From assembly GCA_051362555.1 (NCBI GenBank), contig CM120645.1:23340934-23404933 (forward strand): DNA of 64,000 nucleotides, given 5' to 3'. The position numbers were made by a program, and so were the translations under genes. This DNA is from Lingula anatina (taxonomy: Eukaryota; Animalia; Brachiopoda). This document shows, one piece after another, positions 1 to 11,598 of the stretch (position 1 is its first letter; the number at the start of each line of letters is the position of its first letter). The notes beneath the pieces were generated by a model that had not been told where the DNA came from, searched no databases, and saw nothing but the letters and a program-made list of their open reading frames with translations.

Positions 1-1
1 T

Positions 2-187
2 GCCGAGCTACCAGAAGGGAAAGATCCCAAAGACATTGACCGATACTGTCCGAGCCTCAAGTATGTTGTCGCTGACAGAGGTTGTAGTGGCCAGTCCGCA
101 CTTACCTCCGCTGGGGTGCGGGCGTATGCTGTTCTGGTGCTGACGGCGGCGTTTTTTGCGGGACGTTTAATTCCTAAAACTGTTTAA
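2..187 (+). CDS. 3' end of an upstream gene; C-terminus resembles a GPI-anchor signal
   Basis: Frame 2 is open from the window start: AELPEGKDPKDIDRYCPSLKYVVADRGCSGQSALTSAGVRAYAVLVLTAAFFAGRLIPKTV* (TAA 185-187). The segment is GC-rich against an AT-rich background. Small residues (CSG) are followed by a spacer and a hydrophobic tail. Confidence 0.5.
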   Translation, partial: AELPEGKDPKDIDRYCPSLKYVVADRGCSGQSALTSAGVRAYAVLVLTAAFFAGRLIPKTV

Positions 188-1625
188 GTGTTTTTTTTAG
201 TTTTAAATAATTGGATCTATGATGTAAATTACATGTATTAACCCCCCCCCAAAAAAAACTTTTTCCCTTACATTCCATGTTAAGTATTGGCATATTTTAG
301 CTTGTTTATATTTGGAAACATTAGTAACCGTATTCAATCGGTGCGTCATCCCAGGGAAGATACATACATATAAACATGATACCTAACCGTGACCTTAAAG
401 TGTTTGACACCTACTTTTTACATTGAGGATTTTTAAAAACGTTTTTATAGTATTATAGCCCCTACTGAGAAAATGTAACTATTGACTTCAGACAGTCACG
501 GAAGACGCTGTCGGCGTGTTTATGACACCAAGTACGTCTTTTATGGCGGCAGTAAACAGAGATAACTGTGTGTTAGAAGACGGCTTCATATTATCACAGG
601 TGCTTGCGTCGTGTAAACTATGGACAAATGTGTCGTGGCTTTTTATGGCGCCTTTTATTGTTATTTATATGAAATATCTTTTAACTTTTGTGTTTTTTAT
701 TTAACATCAGTCTACGACATTCTGGTGCATGTCAGTTTTATTTAGTTGCTGTAAAATAGGTAGAATATTTTATATTAAAAGGGCATTTTTTTATTAAAAT
801 GACATTTCCTTCATTGAGACTTGCTATAGTGCGACACAAATTTAAGACCAAATGTTTATTTTTGATTTGGAAAATGCTTGAAGACTGGGCTTTTCCAACA
901 AAGTGGATGCTATTTATTATCCATAAGAGTACATATGAATCCGTCTACAGGTCATTCAAAATTGCAAAGGGGTGAATTGTTTCATTAATGATTTATACGC
1001 ATCTGAGACATAACGAAGCCCTGATTTTAGTTTGCCTGCAGATATTCATAGCCGTCGAAATTCCATTAATAGTTTATCAATAATTAAATAAATCAATGAA
1101 TTTATCAATCTATGAATGAATCAATCGAATTTGACAAACAGCACTATTATATTAAAAATAATTATTCTCAGCAAAAAAAAAAAAAAAATCGTCGTTTCAT
1201 AGAACATTCAGTACTTGGGTTCGATCACTTGCCTCTTGTCGAAATGCAAAATCAGGCACAAGAAACTCTGGCTGACAGAAGTCATGTCTGTATACAGTAT
1301 ACAATGTGTAATGTGCTTAATAATTATGAACCCTCTGTTCTGTTGACCTTACAGGAAATAAAAGCAGTTCTTATCCGTCACGTCCTCAAATTACGATGGT
1401 CCAACTATACCCGTAAAGAGTGATGCTGAATTGAATTCCGGTGGTTCTCAAAATCCATGACATTTTCGGAGAGCTCGGTTAATGCAAGGATGTCCTTGGT
1501 TTATAGAGGGCAGCTTTCAATAATAATTATGAAAAAAACACGCTGCTCTTTTAAAATATATGTAATGTCATTAGACGCTTGACTTTGATTGTAACAGCCG
1601 TAGATTTACGACCACTTTCAACTTA

Positions 1626-4600
1626 TCACAGCGTTTTAAAGAACAATGCTTCAGCAATCTTGCGCGGCGGAGGACCGGTCATGTTGGCTGGAAGGGCACC
1701 AGGGCCGTTTCTTTCCGTATTTCGTGACCTTTTCAACTTATCATAGTACTTATCACGGATGATAGAAAGACAGTCTCTGTCTGATGTAATGCATCCTGCA
1801 TGGAAAGACTTGGCAACCTCCTGAATTATCCCGAATAACCCACTATTCCAGACCTCAATGGCACGATAGAGGGCGTTGTTCGGCGACTGTTTGTAGACGG
1901 CGAGTTGTCTAGCATAGTCTCTGAAATCCGTCTTCTCTTTTTCGGTAATCAAGCTTTCAACACAAAGGCGATGGACGAGATCTTCCAAATTAAAGGGGCA
2001 CAACTCCACCACTTGAGGCCTTGGTTTCCACTTCAAAAAGGCCTTTATAAAGGTCCACATTGATCTGCTAGACTCATCTGAAAATTCATCAAGTGTGCAT
2101 AGGCAACTGATACAGATTTTATATAAACAAATAGACTGCTTACGAAATAGCTAAAAAAGAAATAACAAAATGAATTCAAAAAGTTCATATCATTTATCAC
2201 CTGTAAAAGAGACAGCCAATATAAACTCAAGTGAATTTTAATGTTCAACAAGAAGGTATTTCAATCAAATTTGCAGATAAAAGTCCCTGTGCGCCATGAA
2301 CTGCATATGTATTCTCACGATTAGAATAGAATGACTGCATTCAAAACCAAAATAGTTGATCCGCGTACTAACAGATCCGAGGATCAAATATGGCCGATTC
2401 ACTATAAAGCTTACCCCTGTCAGTCCGCAGATCAACTTCTTCTGAATGCGGCCAATGACTATAATCAGACCAACTTTATGCTACCATTATACATTCAAAC
2501 ATACAGTGTGTCTAAGAGACCATACGCGGATACTATCGTACTAACTTGGGATCGCACTATCTCCGACGGGATTCTCGCTTATCTGCACTTAACTTAGGCG
2601 GCTTAGATGTCTGTCACGCCTGCTGAGGCTGATAGGGGGGTAACATACTATCGTTTAGTAGCTTTAGCGGGCGTCCCAGACGTCAAAGCCGCTTGGGCTG
2701 AACGCAATTTAGCGAGGGACCCCGTGGGGATGGACCGATGGGAACCCAGTTTAAGGCAACATTACCATTCTTTTGCTGGGTACTCTCGCTGACCGGACGG
2801 CGCATTCCTAAAGTAACTGCCTCGTTAACTCCACGACTTTGTTCACTATCACCTCGAAGGAGGTTCTCTTTGGTGGCACGGCCTTGCTTGTTCTTACCAC
2901 CTAGAAAGCAAATAATCGTGTTTTTTTTTCCGCAAAACCTAAGACCCTTATAGTTCACGTCCCTGTCGCATTTTGTGACTGTGCAAGAACTGTAATATTG
3001 AACTCAAACATAAAACTATATTGACCTCCGCCAGGAATTTAATTTTGGGCCTTCGTTTGTTAATATACAGACAAAAAGCTACTGAGGGAAATTTGATGCA
3101 TATTTTTTTACCCGGGCCATTAATGGTCTTGCATATATACTCGAATCAATTAGATTTTGGTGCCAATCCGTTAATTGATTAAACAATCAATTTTGATTAA
3201 TGAATTAATTAATGACGAGAAATGAGCTGCCTTATTACATGTTAACTCATTCTCTTCATACTGTTCAGTCCACAGATACACAATATTTTTTCTAACAAAA
3301 ACACCAGTTGAGATTTGCTCTAACCTGGTTCGCCAAATGTGCCCTCTAGTGTGGTAGATTTCGTTTCAAAAGTATTGCTGTCCACTTGTTTTTCACGTTG
3401 TTTATCGTCAACAGCAAGACCTGATGTTGCTTTTCGGGTCACTTCAGTCTGCAATCTTGCCCTTACTGGTGGTGTCCCATTCGATCCCGTCTTTATTGGT
3501 GGTGTCCCACTCAGTCCCGTCTTTACTCGTGGTGTCCCATTCGGTTCTGCCTTAGCTGGTTGTGTCCCAGTCGATTCTGTACTAAATGGTTGTGTCCCAC
3601 TCAGTCCCGTATTTACTCGTGGTGTCTCAGTCGGTTCTGCCTTAGCTGGTTGTGTCCCAGTCAATTCTGTACTAAATGGTGATGTCCCACTCAGTCCCGT
3701 CTTTACTCGTGGTGTCCCAGTCGGTTCTGCTATAGCTGGTTGTGTCCCACTCGATTCTGTCCTAACTGGTGGTATCCTAGTCGGTTCTGTCTTAGCTGGT
3801 TGTGTTCCAGTCGATTCTGTACTAAATGGTTGTGTCCCATTCAGTCCCGTCTTTACTCGTGGTGTCCCAGTCGGTTCTGCCTTAGCTGGTTGTGTCCCAG
3901 TCAATTCTGTACTAAATGGTTGTGTTCCACTCAGTCCCGTCTTTACTCGTGGTGTCCCAGTCGGTTCTGTCTTAGCTGGTTGTGTCCCAGTCGATTCTGT
4001 CCTAACTGGTGGTATCCTAGTCGGTTCTGTCTTAGCTGGTTGTGTCCTAGTCAATTCTGTACTAAATGGTGATGTCCCACTCAGTCCCGTATTAACTCGT
4101 GGTGTCCCCGTCGGTTCTGTCTTTACTGATGGTGTCCCAGTCAGTCCCGTCTTTGTTGATGGTGTTCTAATGTGTCCTGTCTTTACTGATGGTGCTCCAG
4201 TCAGTCCCGTCTTTGTTGATGGTGTTCTAATGTGTCCTGTCTTTACTGATGGTGTCCCTGTCAGTCCCGTCTTTGTTGATGGTGTTCTAATGTGTCCTGT
4301 CTTTACTGGTGGTGTTCCAGTCAGTCCCGTCTTTGTTGAGGGTGTTCTAATGTGTCCCGTCTTTACTGATGGTGTCCCAGTATAATTGCCTCGTCTCACT
4401 TGTTTTGTTGGTGACTTCTTCCAATTCTGAATGCTTAGAGATTCTTCTAATTCAGACCAGGGAACATATGATCCGCTGTCGAAGAAACGACACTCCCTTA
4501 AGGCAGCTTCGGACTTAAAACTTCCGACGAGTTGGTGAATTTTGTCTGAAAGAAAAAAGGGCTCAGTTTCTATATATAAACAAAGTTGTATCTTGCTGAC

Positions 4601-7600
4601 TGTAGTATCCTTGGAAGACTAAGGCCGTTTCGAATTAAACGCTTGCTTGGGAACAGACTGCACGATGGGATGTTAATCAATCATTAGCTCTCTTGTTTAT
4701 CAAAATATTACTAGAAACCTAGGCCCAACATACCTGCAGATGGTCCGTTATATTCAACACCGATGTCTTCTTCAGATATACATGATTGCTGAAAGAAAAA
4801 ATCACAACAACTAGACTTACATCCATGATCAAAAATCACTTTAACCTTACATGTTTTGCAATTGATTGTTTCTTAATAATTGTTAAAAATTGTTTTATTC
4901 ATCGACAAAGAAGACTGCTTTAAGTAGAACTGTTTTCTACCTTTAAGGAGCTTCTCTTTTCTGTAGATTTACACGTTGTAAACTTACCTTGTTTTCTGAG
5001 ACTACATGCTGAGTTCGTATGTGTTCCTGGTATTTTCCTGCAGTGACCCACGAGCAACAGTGCTCACAAAATACGGGGGTCTTGGGGCACTGGAACCGTT
5101 TGTGATGTCGAATGTCATGTCTGCAATAGAGGTGAACAGGTCTTCTTCAATGCCTTAATGCAAAAATGTTGATGTATGCAGTGTACATGAGAACTGATCA
5201 TGGGACTTTCAAAAGGTAAGGGGGGTACAGCTTCGTGCCAATAAATAACTACCTTTCAGAACACAACATAAACTTAACTTGGATCAACACATATTTCTTA
5301 GAAGCATCAGATTTTTGAGAAGCAAGTGCAGTCAACGTACCTTTCCACTCTGCTACTGCACGCTGGGCACGTGGTATACCTGGCAGAGCAAAGGGGCTCG
5401 TGGTTCTTGATACTCTTCCTCAGAATCGTCTCCCCACAGATGCAGTGGTACGAGGCATACTCACACCTCTCCACGTGCTCCACCAGCTCCCAGCGATGAA
5501 GGAGATCATGGGGACAGCCCAGAGACTTGTACGGACACGTGGCCGTGGCAAACTTGCACACGGAGAGGTGTCTCTCCAACTGGCTGGGTAGGACCAGATC
5601 CTTGCATCCCGGGTTGGTGCAGACTACGGGGACGAAATCAGGACACTGCTGGCTGGCTTTGAAGGGCAGGTCATTCTCTTTGACTGGCTTGGCTTTGAAA
5701 AGCGACGTGATCCACTTCACCAAGCTCTTTTCTGCTTTACTCTCTCGTCTATTGCTCACTGGTGTCTGGTGCTGTGTTTTTAACGGGCATGTTTTGATAT
5801 GGTCACGGAGAGCTCCTCTGGGTCCACTCTGGCTACACTGAGGGTGAGGGCATGATATCTGCACGTGATCGCAAACACTCTCGTGGATAACCATCTCCCT
5901 GACAGTGCCACTGAACACGCATGGTGAATGAGGGCACGTGACTTTGAGTTCCGCTACCTTGGAGTAGGACGCCATTTCAATGCTTCTGGAAAGTTGGCTG
6001 GCGGCGCCGTGTTTCCTCATGTCGCTGCCTTGAGAAGTGTAATTTTGAAAATGAAGTAGATTTAAGAAGCAAATATGGATTCTTAACAGCATCATTGATT
6101 GCAATATAACAGTATTTATTTGATACCTATTTATCCACCACATCAGAAAAAAAATACTTAAATGTCTCAAGTTTAAAATATTTTTCTATCTTATGAATAA
6201 TGTTTTAACACGCAAACAAAGGATAGAGAGGAGAAAGGCTGAACATTCAGACAAAAAAATGTCTGAATAGGCCAAAGGTCAAAATGGGCGATTTTTCAAA
6301 ATCAGAATACAGACCATAAAGCATTCTTGTATTTGAGTCTTCTTTTAATTATCCTGTTTAAATATTGAAACGTGGCAAGTGACTTTAAGCCAGTTTATCA
6401 TAGAAAACGCACTATATTAAAAAAAGGCTGTTTTTGATTTCAGCAGAATTTCACGTGCTTATAGGTTCATGTATCCAGACAAGGGCACTACAGGACATAA
6501 TCTGATCGTCTTATCAAGCCCAGAATCTCTTACATGTAGGGCCTAAATCAAGTACAGAAATCGGTTCGGCTTTGACAGACAATATTTTACGTTTTTACTG
6601 AGAAAAAAAAACGCCTTGGCGATAAACACGTTCGTCATGCTGGTGCTTGTAATTCCCCGTTTTAACCGCAATAGCTCATCATGGCAGCTTATTCTAATGT
6701 GCAATTTAAGTGCCACAGAGAAATTACACAGTGACAATCAAACGGCTACTCCCCGGAGGTATGATGTAAAACTAAAACACTTTTCACAAAAACTGACCCG
6801 AGCGCACACAAACTGATGAAATACAAATACAATGTCAAATTATCGGTCACAATTTTGTTTATCATACTTACAGATAGCACGTTTCGCCGTGCTTCTCACG
6901 GCTCTTCTGGTCTGTCTCCATAGCAACGGACCTAAGGGACAAAATAACACACCCTTATCGATTCACTTCGACAGTAATATCATTATGACCTAGTTCATGT
7001 ATCAAATTGATTGGGAGAGTTGTGTCCCTAATGCTGGGCGGATTTAGGGTCTTCCAAAAGACGGTCAGATTTTAAAGTTTACATTGATAGGTATCTAATT
7101 TTTTCTGTTGGAAGACGGTCAAAAATAGAGGATATATCAACAAAGATAATTTGGAAGACTGTCAGATAATACACCTGGACCCGCCAATGGTAATGGGCTT
7201 ATTGATAGGTCTATGCTCAAGGTGTACTCTCTATACGTAAAAACCCAAACAATAGTGATATAACACAGGAGTATATGGGGGGGGGGGGGGGGGGGGGCGA
7301 AGGGCAGTTGACATGCATAGATAAGGAGCGCCACCATGCTTCTACCATTGTAGTCTCTCTCCTAAAATTCTGCAAACGTCATACCGTCTTTAATTTCTTA
7401 AATTAAGTCTTGGACATAATAACGATAATAATTCGTTATCATGTCCAAGATTAAGTACAAAACAGACCTCTCTGGAATTAGATGGAATGAAGATAAAAGT
7501 GCCGTCCTTTTGCATTATGGTAGGATTCATGGTTGTCAGTAAAAGGGTGAAAATCTACATCTCGCTGTTTAAAACATACCTGTTTCATGTGACTTAAAAT

Positions 7601-8061
7601 GAAGAGGGGCACAAAGCAACAGGCGTACCTTTACTAGGCTTCCTCAAAAACCATACCAATCTCTGGACAGTACCAGTAGGGTCACGGTAAATGTTGCCTA
7701 GATCAGCCTGAAGTTTTTTCCAGTTTTCTGGAACTTTGCAACGTTCCACTTGAATACTCCTCAGGTTTTTCAGGTTCCTAACGCACAGAGCGTGCTGCAA
7801 CAGGTTCAGGCACAATGGGTTTCCCCAAAAGTCGGGACTCAGGCAGAAGACGACTCTTTTGGCCTGCTCGATGGATGCGTGATTAAACTCGACGACCCAC
7901 CCGCCGGGGACGCAGGCCCCGGAGTGGTTACATGTGAAGCCAAGTTTTTCCAGGACGTCAACGACGGGCGTAATGAGGTAGTCCTCCTCCTCGTGATGGG
8001 CGAAAAACACATGGTGACTGTGTTGCCTTAATCTCGGTGGTTTCACTTTTGGCGTGGGCAT
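1626..8061 (-). CDS. TIR - TRAF-type Zn-finger - repeat linker - CARD-like protein, paralogue 1 (~1013 aa)
   Basis: Exons 8061-7629, 6931-6872, 6028-5341, 5120-4988, 4788-4734, 4545-3325 and 2077-1626; all introns GT-AG, phases consistent, total 3042 nt. TIR motifs HHVFFAH...CVPG...IEQAKRVVFCLSPDF..NPLC. About seven C-x-C..H-x3-C/H fingers. C-terminal LCPFNLEDLVHRL...LITEKEK helical domain. Confidence 0.8.
3465..4380 (-). repeat. Coding minisatellite, 30-nt base unit with 60/120-nt higher-order periods (T/P/G-rich, e.g. TGTQPAKTEP, TGTPSVKT)
   Basis: Direct repeats of ggtgtcccagtc-type units seen directly; encodes most of exon 6 of paralogue 1. Confidence 0.95.
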
Positions 8062-8886
8062 CGTTCTTCCTCTCCCCTACAATGTAAGTGATAGGAAACG
8101 TAATATGTGGCACTGTTGTTTGTCACTCAATATGAGCCTATATAAATTGTCATGTGACAACCCTAAATTCATCCTGTCCTCCCACGGCACCAACGGCAAA
8201 GAAATGTTCCGAATTAAGGTGGCGTTGGGGTCATTTTGATATCCCAAGAAGAAACGAGGTCGGGGACTGGTTCCGAGGAGGATGAGGGTGAGATGGGTGG
8301 GGTGGGGTGGGGATGGAGGGTGTGTGTGTGTGCCTCCTCATAGCTGCCTATAAACCCTGAGTTTTAGAAACACTGCCGTGTCTTGTAACTCAGTGTTCTG
8401 TTCACAGGCATCAATAAGAAGAGAGCATTGGTAGTGCACTTTCACATTCAAATCTTACCCAGCTACTGAACTAATCTTTTTTTGATCATTTAATTAAAGC
8501 TTCAGGTTAGGTTCTAGTAGGGCCTACATAATCGTGAAAGCCGGGACTCTTTGACTTCCCGTGTGTTTGCCAACCAAGATGACAGCCCAACATAATACGC
8601 CCCTCCTCAGCTGATTCATCGGACTGAATATAATCCATCATCAGTCCGGGGGGGGGGGGGGGGAAGGGGGAGAGAGACCCTCTCCCCCTTCCCCCCCCCC
8701 CCCCCTCCCCCACCTCACACAATTTTTTTCAACCACATTAGCCAAAAGTTTAGGAAACAGGGATGGAAGGGTGAGGTGTGTGTGTGTGGGGTGGGGGGTG
8801 ACGGTTATTTTCTTAATGTATAATAAAGTCAGTCATAAAATATTCTGTTAAACTCAAAAGAAAATTTTGGCGAACAGCAACCCCCA

Positions 8887-8898
8887 CACTTTCACTTT
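8887..8898 (-). promoter_or_regulatory. IRF-E/ISRE-like site AAAGTGAAAGTG upstream of paralogue 1 (duplicate at 21038-21049)
   Basis: cactttcacttt on the + strand matches the IRF consensus and is conserved in both duplicated upstream regions. Confidence 0.45.
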
Positions 8899-9267
8899 GC
8901 TAATCCTCCTACTCAGCTGTACCGTAAATGTATATATGCTTCCTGTTAGGCACAAATGTTATCTGCTTTTCTCGGATGAATGTTTAATCTCGAAATTGTT
9001 GGTTAAAGGTTAAATTAAATGGACAATCAGAGCTGGAGATAACGGGACGTGCGGCACAGCGCACTTTTCACTTACGCCTATTGTCTACATAGGATCCTTG
9101 CTAAGGCCAAACGAATTTATAAGTTGATTAACGAGAGATAAGATCTATAGACGAAATGTCGGCCGTTTTTTTAAAATATGTTTAAGAAGCATGGATTTTA
9201 GGTTCAGCCAGTTTTTTTTATGGAGGTGAGGTTGGGAATGGAAATGTCAAATCCACTGATCAGTTAT

Positions 9268-9478
9268 ACCCCCTTTACACTGGACGGCCTCCTTTCTGCG
9301 TCCTCTCTGCGACCATGAAATTTGGCATCGCTGTGGTCTTAATAAGGAAGTACGAGCATTGATTTTGTATCAGAATGAATGCTCAATGATCGGCCAGTTG
9401 TGGGCACGTAAAATATTATAATTCTTTTAACTCTCAAATGGGGCCGTGCTGCTGGACGCCGTCTAGTGTAAAGGGGGC
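9268..9478. mobile_element. MITE (Harbinger-like TIR CCCCCTTTACACTGGACG); related copies at ~26510-26690 and 49626-49843
   Basis: Terminal inverted repeats ccccctttacactggacg ... cgtctagtgtaaaggggg; internal sequence is shared with the other copies. Confidence 0.65.
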
Positions 9479-9670
9479 TTTAGGGTCATCTGAAAACGTA
9501 AGTCCAGTAGCACTAATTGAGTTTTTTTTTTCTGAGATCAGTTACTATGCAAAGTGTATTAACCAAAACAATACCCAGTGCATGTTTTATTTGCATTTAA
9601 ACAAAAGTGCATTTTTTTTCATTTTCTCTAAGTAACGTGGGTCGAGCTCGTTTACCAAATTGTCACACTG

Positions 9671-9910
9671 CAGTGGCGAATTAAGGGGGGGGGAGGGGTC
9701 AGGGGGGTCCTGACCCTCCCCTGCAATTTCTGAAAAAAAAATCACACCAATAGTCCCCTCTTTAAATTAGTGTTTTGACTAGCTGAATCATAGTTCTAAA
9801 CCGTACCGAATGGTACCGTTTACCCTGTAAAAAACCAAAGGGGGGGGGGGGGGTGAGGATCGATTTCGCGTCTGCAGACCCCCCTTCAAATAATCCTGGA
9901 TCCGCCCCTG
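9671..9910. mobile_element. MITE with CAGTGGCG...CGCCCCTG ends (duplicate at ~24455-24700)
   Basis: Imperfect TIRs cagtggcgaatt / ggatccgcccctg with internal G/C tracts, typical of small non-autonomous DNA transposons. Confidence 0.6.
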
Positions 9911-10524
9911 CATTGTCTGGCATCATGTTACATTTTACTTGTCGTCTACTGATAAATCACTGATGAATGAAGTAGATGAAATGTCTGCAAAAACATAATA
10001 TTTTAAATATCTTGATTGTTAAGCAAAATCAGTGTTGACTAATTCAACAAATTTAACTATTTAAAAACCGAACACCTAAATCAAATGTGTACGGGATTTG
10101 CACCGCTTCCTGAGCTTCAAATACTAGAAGGTGATCTGTGACTGGCAGAACACGAGAAACTTCCGTATGCCATCTCTTACCTACCCTCTAATATGTGCAT
10201 TTCATGTACAGTTTCTCTAACGGAACAGTAGAGAAAAGTGTCAGAAATTAACCAGCATATCTGTGAACACAAGTGAAAAATCAATCTGTGCCCTTGGTAA
10301 AGGCCATCTCTTACCCCTTGCATGTCCCGATGTCTGGCGTCTTCTTGTCTAGGCCCGTCACTCACTATGGACAGCCCTTCGATCCCCAGTGTAAATAGTT
10401 TCGATTGTCATTAATAATTTACTGTCTAAATGAGAAACCTCACACTGTCTGGGTGACTTAGTTGACTGTACAGTTATAAATTTGTCAGGTGACGCCGTTT
10501 TATTACATAATTGGTAATCACAGT

Positions 10525-11086
10525 GGGGATTTTTCCTGTTACTAATAATAGATCATGCAAATATAGCCAGGGAATTCCCGTTTGTGAGATTTAACAGAGT
10601 GCGGATTTTCCATGCTGCAGATGTGTGACAAGTGGAGCCAGGTCAAGTGGTACGTATATTGACTGGCAAAGATACATGTATTTTGCTGGGGGGGGGTCAC
10701 AAAGATTTACTTTTTTTATAGAAAATTGCCTGCAGTCTCTTTTTGCTTCTTACACTTTCAAAGATTTTTTCTCATTTGTTCTTTTGAAATTATAAATTAA
10801 AGGTACACTCCATTGGTCTGAAAATTCCCCATATGCTTATTTTTGCCACCTAGAGCACCTTATTAGAACCTTACACCTTAAAAACGATTTAACCCCTTAA
10901 ATACTTCTTTCTGGGTCGTACTTGATGTTGATATTTACATAGGAGCATATAAGGCGATGGTCACTGTTATAATGATTGGCCAACCATTTAAAACTAATTC
11001 AATTAACGGCAGAATCCAAGTTCAGAGAAGGATAGATAAATGAATCACGGGTATCAGAAAATTGTTTATTTCCTCGGGAAAATCCC
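10525..11086. promoter_or_regulatory. Cluster of NF-kB-like sites upstream of paralogue 1
   Basis: GGGGATTTTTCC at 10525-10536, palindromic GGGAATTCCC at 10570-10579, GAAAATTCCCC at 10820-10830 and GGGAAAATCCC at 11076-11086. Confidence 0.6.
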
Positions 11087-11204
11087 ATGGAGTTGACTTT
11101 AAACGACGTGGCCACAGAAAACAAATGTTTTACTTTTAACTGATGACAATCTAATTGAGACAAGTGTCGGAAACCAGTATACGGAATGAGACAGTAGTGG
11201 CCAA

Positions 11205-11598
11205 TATCGGGTGTTACCCAAATGGAACTGGATGCACCAGCCTCCGCTTTCTAAACTCCACAGCGAACGCGTCGGACGCTTTCGTCGCTAACAACAGCCG
11301 GGCTATGGTGTTTACTTTATACGGTTGCAAGTTCGACGTGTCTTGTGTGTTGAAAAACAAAGGGAACACAGGGAATCCGAAGATTCCAGCAGAAATATTT
11401 ATAGGATCAACTTGCTCTTTAGACAGATATTTAAGCAAACAAAGCAAGTGGATTGTTCTCGGGTCCTTGAAATACGAGGAAGACACGAACGGGGCGCGTC
11501 CATCCGGTTATCGGTTTAGACTGAGGGCTGCTTATGAGGCCAGCACGGACAATTTAAAAAGACGGCCAACACTTGGGGGCACCTACGGATATTCATAG
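11205..11598 (+). pseudogene. Captured coding-like fragment of a Cys/N-glycosylation-site-rich extracellular protein at the duplication junction
   Basis: Open frame CYPNGTGCTSLRFLNSTANASD...GTYGYS* with higher GC than its flanks. Its 5' flank is duplicated promoter sequence (matches 26205-26262) and its 3' flank matches ~1042-1310. Confidence 0.4.

Noticed and set aside
3339-4385. 348-aa + strand ORF (and the Cys/Trp-rich 3740-4072 ORF)
   Set aside because: Antisense shadow of the stop-free coding minisatellite; the - strand frame splices correctly into the gene.
5341-6028. Calling the Zn-finger genes canonical TRAFs (e.g. TRAF4/6)
   Set aside because: No RING exon upstream and no MATH/TRAF-C domain downstream was found in any copy.
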